The notes under the pieces were generated by a model. It was not told where the DNA came from. It worked only from the letters and a program-made list of their open reading frames with translations, and did no database searches. From an uncultured Gammaproteobacteria bacterium (GTDB lineage Bacteria > Patescibacteriota > Patescibacteriia > UBA11705), in NCBI GenBank assembly GCA_964592195.1, contig CAZQEI010000007.1, positions 5,082 to 69,081 of the forward strand: a stretch of DNA of 64,000 bases, in the 5' to 3' direction. This document shows, piece after piece, positions 38,754 through 48,149 of this stretch (position 1 is the first letter of the stretch; each line of letters starts with the position of its first letter). A program made the position numbers and the translations under genes.

Positions 38754-39521
38754 ATGGACAAAAATGTTTCGCGTTGGGATGTCTCCACGCGCTTGTTTGT
38801 TCTCTTGGTGATCTTGGCCGTGTTTGTAGTCGGCGCCTTTATTTCAACTGTGGTGAAGGTGGTGATTGACTTCTACAACATGCCAGGCAATTATCCACGA
38901 GAAATTTCTGTGTCTGCAGATGGCAAAGTTTATGCCAAGCCAGACATTGCGAAGATTAACATTGGAACCACATCCGAAGGTTTAGATATCAAAGTGGTGG
39001 TGGATGACAATGCCAAGAAGATGAATGCGATTACCGCGAAGTTGAAGACTTTGGGTGTTGAAGATCGTGATATTCAAACGATTTCTTACAACTTGTATCC
39101 TAATTATGATTGGCCAAACAATGTAAAAACATTGACCAATTACACTTTGGACAATCAGATTGAAGTAAAAGTTCGTGATTTTACCAAGGTGAGTGAAGTG
39201 ATTGCGCAGGCTACCACCTTAGGAGCAAATAATATCAATAATGTTCAATTTACTTTTGAAAATTTTGATAAAGTGAAAGAAGCGGCTCGGGCCAAGGCGA
39301 TTGAAAATGCCAAGGCCAAAGCTGTGTCTTTGACTAAACAAAGTGGTTTGAAATTGGGTAAGTTAGTAAATGTCTGGGACAATGATCAATCTGGTGTTTA
39401 CTATGATTACAAGGCTAGTCCAGCTGGTATGGGTGCTGGTGGTTTAATGGAATCACCTACAGTTGAATCTGGAGAACAGGAAATCGTAGTGAATGTTTCG
39501 TTGACTTATAAGTTGAAATAG
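38754..39521 (+). CDS. SIMPL-domain (DUF541, YggE-like) protein with N-terminal TM anchor
   Basis: DNAKKMNAITAKLKTLGVEDRDIQTISYNLYPNYDW matches the SIMPL family. Confidence 0.7.
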   Translation: MDKNVSRWDVSTRLFVLLVILAVFVVGAFISTVVKVVIDFYNMPGNYPREISVSADGKVYAKPDIAKINIGTTSEGLDIKVVVDDNAKKMNAITAKLKTLGVEDRDIQTISYNLYPNYDWPNNVKTLTNYTLDNQIEVKVRDFTKVSEVIAQATTLGANNINNVQFTFENFDKVKEAARAKAIENAKAKAVSLTKQSGLKLGKLVNVWDNDQSGVYYDYKASPAGMGAGGLMESPTVESGEQEIVVNVSLTYKLK

Positions 39522-39535
39522 GTAGATATAAAAAA

Positions 39536-39562
39536 TTCTCCGGTGATCGGGGAGTTTTTTTA
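39536..39562. terminator. bidirectional rho-independent terminator
   Basis: CTCCGgtgatCGGGGAG flanked by A-run and T-run, between convergent genes. Confidence 0.6.
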
Positions 39563-39592
39563 TTTGGTGAATATTTTAACTACTGGAAAAAT

Positions 39593-40897
39593 CTACTTAA
39601 CTACGGATATTTTTCCAGTTACCATTCCCATCCAGCAACTGAATGAATAAGTTCCAGTTTTTGTGGCCGTAAATTCTTTAACAATAGTTTTTCCGCGTTG
39701 AAGGGCTAAAGTTTCGCTGAATAAACTCTTTGCCACCAAGCGATTAGTGCAACCGCTGGTGCCAGTGTCAGTAATTTCCCAACGAACTGGAATGCCGGCT
39801 TTGACTGTGAATGAATTGGGAGAATAACCGCTGGCGGATGCATCCATATAGATAGTTTGAGTATTTTGATTTGTTAACGTGGAATCAATAGTCGGTTGAT
39901 TATTACTAAAGACGGTTTGCGGAAATATTAAGTTAATTTGATTACGAAGATTGAATAATGCAAAGATTATAATTAATAAACCAGCCGCCAAGGTTAAAGT
40001 TTTTTGATATTTATTCGGTTGCCAGAGTTTTGTTGAAAAATAGCCAATGATTAACAATGGAATGGTGGATCCTAAAGCAAAACTGGCCATGATTAACCCG
40101 CTGTGTAATGGTGAAGCGGCGATTAAACTGGCGCCCTGAGCAGTCAAAGCAAAACCACAAGGTAAGAAGAATGTGGCGACGCCGATTAGAACTGGATGGT
40201 CTATTTTATGTTTGAATTTTTCAAACAAGTTACCGCCATGAAATAGCTTTTTGATTTTTACACCGGCTAAACGTAAACCGATAATTAACATCCAAATTGA
40301 AATAATAATAATTAACCATGGGAAAAATGATTGACTTAAAGTTAAGTTTTTTCCTATCAATCCCAGAATAGTACCAAGAAGAAAGAATCCTCCAATTCTA
40401 CCAAAGTTAAATTGCAAATGTGGCCAAATAGGGGATTTGTCGTTTTTCCATTGTTGTCCCAGTGAAATTACAATACCGCCAATGAGTGCCGCGCAAGTTG
40501 ACACACCGGCGATCAAACCAAGTCCGGCGAATAAACCGAGCGAAGTTGAGCCTTCAATGTTAAAGTATTTATCCAATTGTAGTTTACTGATAAGAAAATA
40601 TATAACAAATACTCCAATCAGCAAACCAAAAGCCAACCACCAGTTGATTCTGTTATTTTGAGTGGTGGAAAATCTATATGGCGAATCTTTGAACAGGCGA
40701 TTGAGATCGTTTTCTGAAAGTTCTTTGTCTTTAAATAAAATTTCCACACGGTCGGGGTTGTGTTTGACTTCCGCTTTTTTGACCACCTCGTGGTCGTTCA
40801 AAGTTTCGGCAATAATTTTACTGCATGCTGGGCAGTGCATTCCGGATATAAAGTATGATTTGGTCATTTTTTTCATGGAGCATGGAACATTGAACAT
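39593..40897 (-). CDS. membrane protein: N-terminal heavy-metal-associated (HMA, CxxC) domain, polytopic TM core, C-terminal cupredoxin-like beta domain
   Basis: GMHCPACSKIIAETL, about 8 TM helices, C-terminal ...FSCWMGM.... Confidence 0.5.
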   Translation of the reverse strand: MFNVPCSMKKMTKSYFISGMHCPACSKIIAETLNDHEVVKKAEVKHNPDRVEILFKDKELSENDLNRLFKDSPYRFSTTQNNRINWWLAFGLLIGVFVIYFLISKLQLDKYFNIEGSTSLGLFAGLGLIAGVSTCAALIGGIVISLGQQWKNDKSPIWPHLQFNFGRIGGFFLLGTILGLIGKNLTLSQSFFPWLIIIISIWMLIIGLRLAGVKIKKLFHGGNLFEKFKHKIDHPVLIGVATFFLPCGFALTAQGASLIAASPLHSGLIMASFALGSTIPLLIIGYFSTKLWQPNKYQKTLTLAAGLLIIIFALFNLRNQINLIFPQTVFSNNQPTIDSTLTNQNTQTIYMDASASGYSPNSFTVKAGIPVRWEITDTGTSGCTNRLVAKSLFSETLALQRGKTIVKEFTATKTGTYSFSCWMGMVTGKISVVK

Positions 40898-41203
40898 GGA
40901 GCAACGAAATGTGCTGTGTTACATGTTATGTGTTACGTGCTGCGTGCTATGTGTTACATGATGTCATTTGTTAGCAAACTTGGAAACAGTGAGGATTTTA
41001 CTGATCATCGATTAATGAGTCTTGATCAATGAAAGACCCATACACTAGGTATAGGTTAAGTTTATCGCAAATGTCAATTATATCAAATTATGGAAGTTTG
41101 TTGAGGTGTTGATAACTTTGGTAAATAGCTTTGTTTGAATCATGTATTTAGGGTATAATAATAAGGTAATGAAATTAACAGTTTGACTAATTAACTGGAT
41201 CAT

Positions 41204-41569
41204 ATGCCCAGTAAAATTTTAATCGCAGAAGATGAAAAACCAATGGCTCGGGCTTTGGTTTTGAAATTAACCAAAGAAGGCTTTGATGCTCAGAGTGCTG
41301 GAGATGGCGAAGAAGCTTTGCAAATCTTAGAAAAAGGTGGAATCGATCTTATGCTTTTGGATTTAGTTATGCCAAAGTTGGATGGCTTCGGAGTGTTGAA
41401 GGCAGTAAAAGAAAGAAAAATTAAAGTTAAAATAATTGTTAGTTCCAATCTTAGCCAGACTGAAGATTTTAACAAGGCAAAAGAATTGGGAGCGTTGGAT
41501 TTTATGGTGAAGTCAAATGTTTCACTCAGCGAAATCGTAGAAAAAGTAAAAAAATATCTAAACGAATAA
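41204..41569 (+). CDS. stand-alone response-regulator receiver (CheY-like)
   Basis: ILIAEDE...D54-equivalent in LLDLVMPKLDG...K. Confidence 0.8.
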   Translation: MPSKILIAEDEKPMARALVLKLTKEGFDAQSAGDGEEALQILEKGGIDLMLLDLVMPKLDGFGVLKAVKERKIKVKIIVSSNLSQTEDFNKAKELGALDFMVKSNVSLSEIVEKVKKYLNE

Positions 41570-41590
41570 AAAGCTTAACAAGCCAAACAT

Positions 41591-43384
41591 ATGGCTAATA
41601 GGAAGGGGACTACTGAGGTCAAGGCCAAAGTAGAAAAAAACAAATCAAATAAAGGTAATCTCGAAGGTCAAACCAAAGCCAAGGTTATAACGCAGGAAGT
41701 GAAACCCGAGGCAGCGGCCAAGAAGTTGACTGACGAAAGTTTGGGAAAGGTATTGCTCGAGCAGAGTTACATCTCGGCTGATGATTTGAAGGCAGCGGAA
41801 AATTATACAAAGTCCGGGCGCGGTAAGCTCACGGAGTTTTTATTATCCAATGGAATTTTGAATAAAGATTTATTGGGCCAAGCTGTAGCTGAGTATTACA
41901 AGGTTCCTTATGCTGATTTAAATACTAATACTCCAAAGCGCGATCAAGTTTTAAAAATTCCAGAATCCTTGGCCATGCAATATCGGGCAGTCTTATATCG
42001 TGAAGATGCGAAAACTGCAGTTATTACCACTGATGCTTTGGTGGAAATGCCACCACTATCAGGTTTTCAACCTTTATTCCCAGGGAAAAAGGTGGTTTTG
42101 GCATATTCAATTTCTGATGATATTGATTTTGTCCTCGGTTACTACAAAAAGTCTCTCGAAACGCAATTCTCAAAGATTATCGAAAACCAAGCTAGGATTG
42201 CGCCTGAGTTGTTGGAAGTTATTTTCAAGGACGCTTTGGCACAAAAAGCATCAGATATTCACTTTGAACCAAACGAAAAAGATGTCTTAGTCCGCTTCAG
42301 AGTTGATGGTCTTTTGTATGCCGCTGGTCATTTACCGGTCAAATTTTATCAAAACATTTTAAATCGCGTCAAAGTTTTGAGCAATATGCGCATTGATGAG
42401 CACTATGCAGCTCAGGATGGTGCTATTCGTTTCTTTGATGATAATCACGAGAAGGTAGATATGCGTGTGTCAGTCAGCCCTACTATCGAAGGTGAAAAGA
42501 TTGTTATTCGTTTGCTCAGTCATTATATCCAAAACTTTTCTTTGGCAGATTTAGGTTTGTCTGATGCTCATCGTGAAATGGTGGCCAAGGCTGCGGCGAA
42601 ACCTTTTGGTATGATTCTCGTTACCGGTCCGACTGGATCAGGCAAGACTACAACTTTGTATTCATTGTTGAAACTGTTAAATAGCTCGGATGTTAATATT
42701 ACTACTATTGAAGACCCGGTAGAATATCGATTGGCCGGTGTCAATCAGATTCAGGTAAATGCTGCTACAAATTTAACTTTTGCGAAAGGTTTGCGTTCTA
42801 TTGTGCGTCAAGATCCGGATATTATTTTGGTGGGCGAAGTTCGTGATACGGAAACTGCTGAAATTAGTGTGAATGCGGCTTTGACCGGACATTTATTATT
42901 ATCAACTTTCCATGCCAACGATGCAGCCTCAGCTATCCCTCGTTTGTTGGATATGGGTGTAGAACCATTCTTGATTTCTTCTACCTTGGAAATAATTGTG
43001 GCACAGCGTTTAGTTCGTCATATTTGTGATAATTGTAGAGTTAGTATGATTATGACGAAGAAGCAAGTGGAGGATAAATTTACCGGCGCCAGTAAGTATT
43101 TTACTGAAGAGCAAAATACGGTTTATGAAGGCAAGGGTTGTCATTTATGTAATAATACTGGCTATCGCGGACGTACTGCTATTTTTGAAGTTATTACCAT
43201 TACTCCAGAAATGGAAGAGTTAATTGTTAAAAGTCCATCGACCAAAGAAATTTGGGATTTGGCCAAAAAACAAGGTGCCAGCTCAGTCTTTGAAGATGGT
43301 ATTTTGAAAATTCGGGAGGGAATTACCACGATTGATGAATTGTTGCGTGTAGCTGAACCGCCAGTTGAACAAGTTGTTAGTTAA
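41591..43384 (+). CDS. pilB: type IV pilus / T2SS assembly ATPase (PilB/GspE family) with Lys-rich N-terminal extension
   Basis: T2SSE_N-like domain, Walker A GPTGSGKTT, Asp and His boxes, tetra-Cys CDNC...CHLC. Confidence 0.9.
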   Translation: MANRKGTTEVKAKVEKNKSNKGNLEGQTKAKVITQEVKPEAAAKKLTDESLGKVLLEQSYISADDLKAAENYTKSGRGKLTEFLLSNGILNKDLLGQAVAEYYKVPYADLNTNTPKRDQVLKIPESLAMQYRAVLYREDAKTAVITTDALVEMPPLSGFQPLFPGKKVVLAYSISDDIDFVLGYYKKSLETQFSKIIENQARIAPELLEVIFKDALAQKASDIHFEPNEKDVLVRFRVDGLLYAAGHLPVKFYQNILNRVKVLSNMRIDEHYAAQDGAIRFFDDNHEKVDMRVSVSPTIEGEKIVIRLLSHYIQNFSLADLGLSDAHREMVAKAAAKPFGMILVTGPTGSGKTTTLYSLLKLLNSSDVNITTIEDPVEYRLAGVNQIQVNAATNLTFAKGLRSIVRQDPDIILVGEVRDTETAEISVNAALTGHLLLSTFHANDAASAIPRLLDMGVEPFLISSTLEIIVAQRLVRHICDNCRVSMIMTKKQVEDKFTGASKYFTEEQNTVYEGKGCHLCNNTGYRGRTAIFEVITITPEMEELIVKSPSTKEIWDLAKKQGASSVFEDGILKIREGITTIDELLRVAEPPVEQVVS

Positions 43385-43398
43385 AAAAAAGGGGGAAT

Positions 43399-44562
43399 AT
43401 GGGAAAACAAGAAAACAAAAAAACAATAAAACAAAAAAGCAAAGAGAATAATAATATAAATAGCAAAAAGTTTGATTTTGCTGAGTTTTGGCGTAAATAT
43501 TTTGTGCGCTATTTTGGTTGGAGCTGGAGAAAAGAGAAAGAATATTTAGTTGAGAACTTGGCTATGTTGTTAACTTCAGGTATGGATATTACTTTGGCCT
43601 TGAAGGCTATCCAATCTGAAATGAAAAGTGCTTTTTTAAAAAAGGTTTTACAAGAAGTCAACGATGATATTACCAATGGTTCCCCGATTTGGGAAGCGAT
43701 GCGCAAGAGTCAGCTTTTTCCAGAGTATGTGATTGCCTTGATTCGCGTTGGTGAAGAGTCTGGTCAGCTAAATGAAAAATTGAAAGTGGTATCAGAGCAA
43801 GAAAAAAGACAAAGAGTTTTAAAATCTCGAATCACTGCGGCTTTGAGTTATCCAGTGTTAATAATATTGTTAACCTTAGTCGTGGGTGTGGCGATCAGCA
43901 CCTTTGTTTTGCCCCGTTTTGTTATGTTGTTTGGTCAAATTGATAAAGAATTGCCGGTAGCCACTAAAGGTTTGATTTGGTTAAGTTCATTTCTAGTAAA
44001 TAATGGTGTTTGGGCTGTGCCAATGTTCTTTGTGTTACTCGCGTTAACGGTATTTTTTGTCTTCATGTTTCCCAAAACCAAATTTATGGGTCAGTGGTTG
44101 TTTTTTCATCTGCCGGTAACAAAAAATTTGGTGCAAGAAATTGAAATTGCGCGTTTTGGTTCCAACTTGGGAACTTTATTAAAAGCTGGTTTGCCAGTGG
44201 GAGATGCTTTGGAAGCCTTGATTCGCTCGGTGAGTTTTTATAATTATAAAAAATTCTATTCATTTATAAAATCGCACGTCATGGATGGTGATACTTTTTT
44301 GCAAGCATTCAATAGCTATCCTCGTAGCCATAAACTGTTACCATTGTCTATCCAGCAAATGATCGGTTCGAGTGAACAATCTTCTTTCTTAGCGGAAAGT
44401 TTGATGGGGCTGGCGGAGGTTTACGAAGTGAAAACTGATATTACTGCCAAAAATTTAACGACCCTTTTAGAGCCAGTTTTGTTGATCTTTATCGGATTAG
44501 CAGTCTTGGGTGTGGCACTGGCTATTATTTTGCCGATTTATGGCTTGATAAATAATTTGTAA
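43399..44562 (+). CDS. pilC: type IV pilus platform protein (PilC/GspF family)
   Basis: Two GspF repeats, 3 TM helices, conserved ALSYP / LLEPVLLIFIG motifs. Confidence 0.85.
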   Translation: MGKQENKKTIKQKSKENNNINSKKFDFAEFWRKYFVRYFGWSWRKEKEYLVENLAMLLTSGMDITLALKAIQSEMKSAFLKKVLQEVNDDITNGSPIWEAMRKSQLFPEYVIALIRVGEESGQLNEKLKVVSEQEKRQRVLKSRITAALSYPVLIILLTLVVGVAISTFVLPRFVMLFGQIDKELPVATKGLIWLSSFLVNNGVWAVPMFFVLLALTVFFVFMFPKTKFMGQWLFFHLPVTKNLVQEIEIARFGSNLGTLLKAGLPVGDALEALIRSVSFYNYKKFYSFIKSHVMDGDTFLQAFNSYPRSHKLLPLSIQQMIGSSEQSSFLAESLMGLAEVYEVKTDITAKNLTTLLEPVLLIFIGLAVLGVALAIILPIYGLINNL

Positions 44563-44567
44563 TAAAC

Positions 44568-45002
44568 ATGAAAAGATCGGGCTTCAGTCTTTTAGAAATG
44601 TTAATCGTGATTACTCTATTGGGACTGCTAGCGGCATTGTCCTTTCCTTTTTATAATCCTCTAGTGGCTCGTCATAATATCGCTAGTGCACGCGATACAG
44701 TAGTCCGTAGTTTGCATCGTACCCAGCTGTTATCCATGGCAATGGCTAATGATACGACTTGGGGTATTCATTTTGAAGCGGGGAAGGTAGTGATTTTCAA
44801 AGGTGCAACCTATATCGGACGTGATGCTGCTTATGATCAGGTAAATACTCTTGCCAGTAATATAACTTTTTCAGGCTTAAATGATTTTATTTTTACTAAG
44901 TTTGACGGTTACCCCGCCAGCACCGGAACAATTACCATTACCGGAGGGAATAGCGAAACAAAAACCATTACCTTGAATGCGAAGGGGATGGTTAGCTATT
45001 AA
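44568..45002 (+). CDS. prepilin-type (class III signal) pilin/pseudopilin
   Basis: MKRSG|FSLLEMLIVITLLGLLAA, with G at -1 and E at +5. Confidence 0.8.
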   Translation: MKRSGFSLLEMLIVITLLGLLAALSFPFYNPLVARHNIASARDTVVRSLHRTQLLSMAMANDTTWGIHFEAGKVVIFKGATYIGRDAAYDQVNTLASNITFSGLNDFIFTKFDGYPASTGTITITGGNSETKTITLNAKGMVSY

Positions 45003-45066
45003 GATAATAAATCGCTACGAATGACATATTTGCTACGAAACTACGAATAATATTTCCAATACGTAG

Positions 45067-46845
45067 ATTTGTAGCCGATTCGTTATTAGTAGTAAATATC
45101 TGCTTACAGAGAATAAACAAAAAACAGGTTACAGTCTCGTCGAAGCGTTGCTTGCCATCGCTTTGTTTGCGTTAATTGCATCTGGATTAGCGGGTAGTTT
45201 GATTTATGGATATTTCTCAACCTCATTGGCTGGCACTAGAGAACGAGCGGCTTTCATTGGGGAAGAAGGTTTAGATGCTAGTCATAATATTCGGGATGCG
45301 GCTTATACAAACTTGGTAAATGGAACTACTGGGGTGTCCGTGGCTAGCAATGTTTGGACTTTTTCTGGAGCTTCGGATACTACCAATGGAATTACTCGCG
45401 CAATAACAATTGCGGACGCTGGTTCCAATCGTAAGCAATTAACTGAAGCGGTGACTTGGACGCAAATGACAGGTCGCGCCGGTAGTTTTAATTTGGTGAC
45501 ATATTTAACTAATTGGAGAAGAGTGGGTGTGGCTTTGTATAATGCATTATTAATATATGGTGATGGTACAACCAGTCCGAAATATAGAACCTATAATAAT
45601 ACTACTAACGTTTTTAGTACAGAAACAACCACTGTTACAAATGCGGTCTCTCCGACATTTATAATGAGAACCTCTCCAACAAAATCAGAAGCAATCGCTG
45701 CTTTTTATAATTCTTCCGGAGATATGTATGTCATGTGTTTTGATGGTACAACATGGACCGATGAGTGGAATGTAAGTGTTGGCGGTACTGGTGCTGGGAG
45801 AAGAGTCGATGTAGCTTATGAAACAGCGTCAGGCGATGTAATGGTCTTATATAGTACTAATACCGCGACAACAAACGAGTTAAACTATCGGACTAAGGCA
45901 GGAAGCGCAGGCTGCGGCACTGTGAATTGGTCGGCCGCTCAAAATCTTAACCCTGTTAGAACTGCGAATATCATTAATTATATCCGTTTGGCTTGGGATC
46001 GTCGCGCCGGACAAAATTTAATTGCTGCAACCTGGGTGGATATCAGTGATGACTTGTCGAGCGCCATTTGGACAGGATCAGCCTGGACGAATGAACCAGC
46101 GACAGTTTCAGATACCAATGTTGAAAGGGTGTCAGTTGGGCATGATCTAGAAAATATGGATATTGAATATGAGTCATTGTCTGGAGATGTCATGATGGTT
46201 TGGGGTACCACCGTTGGTAATAATGCGAATGGTGTCCGATATCGAACTTGTAATGGCGGCACATCATCTTGCACTTGGAGCGCTGTGACGACTCCCCCAA
46301 CATTTAATGATGACGCTACCAACCTTGATTTATCTGCGAATCCAAATACCGACCAAATGGTTTTTGCCTCTATTGGAGAGAATCAGCGCGATTTACAAAT
46401 AGGCTATTGGAGTGGGACTACTTGGACGAATACAGCAAACGTAGATACTTCATGCAATACTCCTTTTGCTGGTTCCAAGTTGGTTTCGACGGGATGGTTG
46501 ATAAATGGTGCCACGACAAGGTCGGTAGTCCTTTATGAAGATCAGAATTCGAACAGCCTTAATTGGTATGTTGGAAATGTTGGTGTTTTTACTGTTCAGG
46601 GGGACTTCGTTGTTTTTCCTGCTCCTGTCAATCCAAATGGTTATTATGATATTCAAATGAATCCGCTTAGCAAAGATCAGCTGATGTTTTGTTTCTCAGA
46701 TAATAATAATGATTTATTCTGTAAACGTTTAGCTATGTCAGCCGTGCCGGCTTTTACATGGACAAATTCCGATGGTGCTGTTTTAGAAACAACTTTACCT
46801 CAAAAGATAACTAGCCCATTTGCGTTTGCGTATTGGAGACAATGA
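45067..46845 (+). CDS. large pilin-like protein with prepilin N-terminus (start codon uncertain)
   Basis: KQKTG|YSLVEALLAIALFALIASG prepilin motif at 45118-45190. No ATG/GTG/TTG upstream in frame back to the stop at 45064. Thr/Ser/Asn-rich body. Confidence 0.55.
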   Translation: MCSRFVISSKYLLTENKQKTGYSLVEALLAIALFALIASGLAGSLIYGYFSTSLAGTRERAAFIGEEGLDASHNIRDAAYTNLVNGTTGVSVASNVWTFSGASDTTNGITRAITIADAGSNRKQLTEAVTWTQMTGRAGSFNLVTYLTNWRRVGVALYNALLIYGDGTTSPKYRTYNNTTNVFSTETTTVTNAVSPTFIMRTSPTKSEAIAAFYNSSGDMYVMCFDGTTWTDEWNVSVGGTGAGRRVDVAYETASGDVMVLYSTNTATTNELNYRTKAGSAGCGTVNWSAAQNLNPVRTANIINYIRLAWDRRAGQNLIAATWVDISDDLSSAIWTGSAWTNEPATVSDTNVERVSVGHDLENMDIEYESLSGDVMMVWGTTVGNNANGVRYRTCNGGTSSCTWSAVTTPPTFNDDATNLDLSANPNTDQMVFASIGENQRDLQIGYWSGTTWTNTANVDTSCNTPFAGSKLVSTGWLINGATTRSVVLYEDQNSNSLNWYVGNVGVFTVQGDFVVFPAPVNPNGYYDIQMNPLSKDQLMFCFSDNNNDLFCKRLAMSAVPAFTWTNSDGAVLETTLPQKITSPFAFAYWRQ

Positions 46846-46970
46846 TTTCATTGAACATCGATCAAGGATCATTGATCATTGAACGTGAAGCAGCAAAGAA
46901 TAATTTAAAATTTTTCTAATCGTTGCACGTTTAACGCTTAACGAATTACGCTTTACGAATATCGAAAAAA

Positions 46971-47504
46971 ATGGCAAATATTATCACAACCAAATTTCAA
47001 ACAAACAAACGAGGTTTTACTCTCGTGGAATTTGTGATTTATGTTGGCATTGTGGCTCTGATGATAACCAGTTTAAGTTCATTTTTAATCATGGCAGTAT
47101 CGGCAAGAACTAAAGCAGAAGCAGTGGCGAATGTGGAAGAGCAGGGTATTGCGGCCATGCAAAGAATTACACAAACGATAAGAAACGCAACTAGTATTAC
47201 CGCTCCTAGTATTGGCACCAGTAGTGCAACTGGAGCGACCGTGGTTGTCCCAACCGGTGCGTTAAGTCCGACTTTGTTTAATTTATCATCAGGTGTTCTT
47301 CAAATGAAAGAAGGGGCTGGCGCGTATGTTGATTTAACTTCCAGTCAAGTAGTCGTTTCAGGTTTAACTTTTTATAATGTATCGAGACCGAGTACTTCTG
47401 GATCAATGAAAATACAATTTACAGTTTCAACACCAGCTACAAGTGTCGCTCCGCATTTTACCTATTCAAAAACTTTTAATGGAACCGCTACTTTAAGACC
47501 ATAA
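46971..47504 (+). CDS. minor pilin (prepilin-type N-terminus)
   Basis: KRG|FTLVEFVIYVGIVALMITS. Confidence 0.7.
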   Translation: MANIITTKFQTNKRGFTLVEFVIYVGIVALMITSLSSFLIMAVSARTKAEAVANVEEQGIAAMQRITQTIRNATSITAPSIGTSSATGATVVVPTGALSPTLFNLSSGVLQMKEGAGAYVDLTSSQVVVSGLTFYNVSRPSTSGSMKIQFTVSTPATSVAPHFTYSKTFNGTATLRP

Positions 47505-47508
47505 TAAA

Positions 47509-47910
47509 ATGAAGAAATTGATTCACAACAAAACCGGATTTGCCTTGATTGTTATGGTTTTGGTTATGGGAGCGGTGGCTCTGACTGTGGTGACAGTAGT
47601 TTTTGCCTTGGGAATTGGCTCCACTATGACTAGTACCGAGTTCGTGGCTTCTCATCAAGCCAAGGCTTTGGCAAACGCTTGTGCTGAGGAAGCTTTGGAG
47701 CAAGTCCGAGCGAGTACGGCCTACACTGGTACTGGAAGTCTAAGTTTGAGTACTGGCAGTTGTTCCTATACGGTTAGCAATACTGGTGGAGAAACGCGAT
47801 CTATTACTACTAACGCTACGGTTAGAAATATGACTCGTCGGGTGGCGATCACGGTGACTGCGATTAATCCATATATTACTATTTCTTCATGGCAGGAAGT
47901 GGCGAATTAG
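47509..47910 (+). CDS. minor pilin, PilX-like
   Basis: KTG|FALIVMVLVMGAVALTVV. No Glu at +5. Confidence 0.6.
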   Translation: MKKLIHNKTGFALIVMVLVMGAVALTVVTVVFALGIGSTMTSTEFVASHQAKALANACAEEALEQVRASTAYTGTGSLSLSTGSCSYTVSNTGGETRSITTNATVRNMTRRVAITVTAINPYITISSWQEVAN

Positions 47911-48135
47911 ATTTGAGCGATTAGCGGTTGGCGAAGAGCGATTAGGGATATGAATTATGAATTAAGGGAATAGGAACCGGTAACCCGTAACCAGTAACTA
48001 GTAATCAGTAATCGGTAACCCGTAACCAGTAATAAGTAATACGTAATATGCAACTAAAATCTATAATCTTTTAACGTTTATCGTATCACGAATAACGCTT
48101 TACGAATTACGAATATCGTTTAACGAATAACGAAC
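47911..48135. repeat. degenerate 9-bp tandem array (GAGCGATTA, GTAACCAGT, CGTATCACG/TTACGAAT units) ending at the sensor kinase start
   Basis: ttgagcgattagcggttggcg...gtaacccgtaaccagtaactagtaatcag...cgtatcacgaataacgctttacgaattacgaatatcg. Confidence 0.7.
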
Positions 48136-48149
48136 TAAAACTCAGGGGT

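Noticed and set aside
40662-40961. 99-aa plus-strand ORF
   Set aside because: It is antisense to the 5' end of the HMA-membrane gene and runs into the TGTTACATG repeat array.
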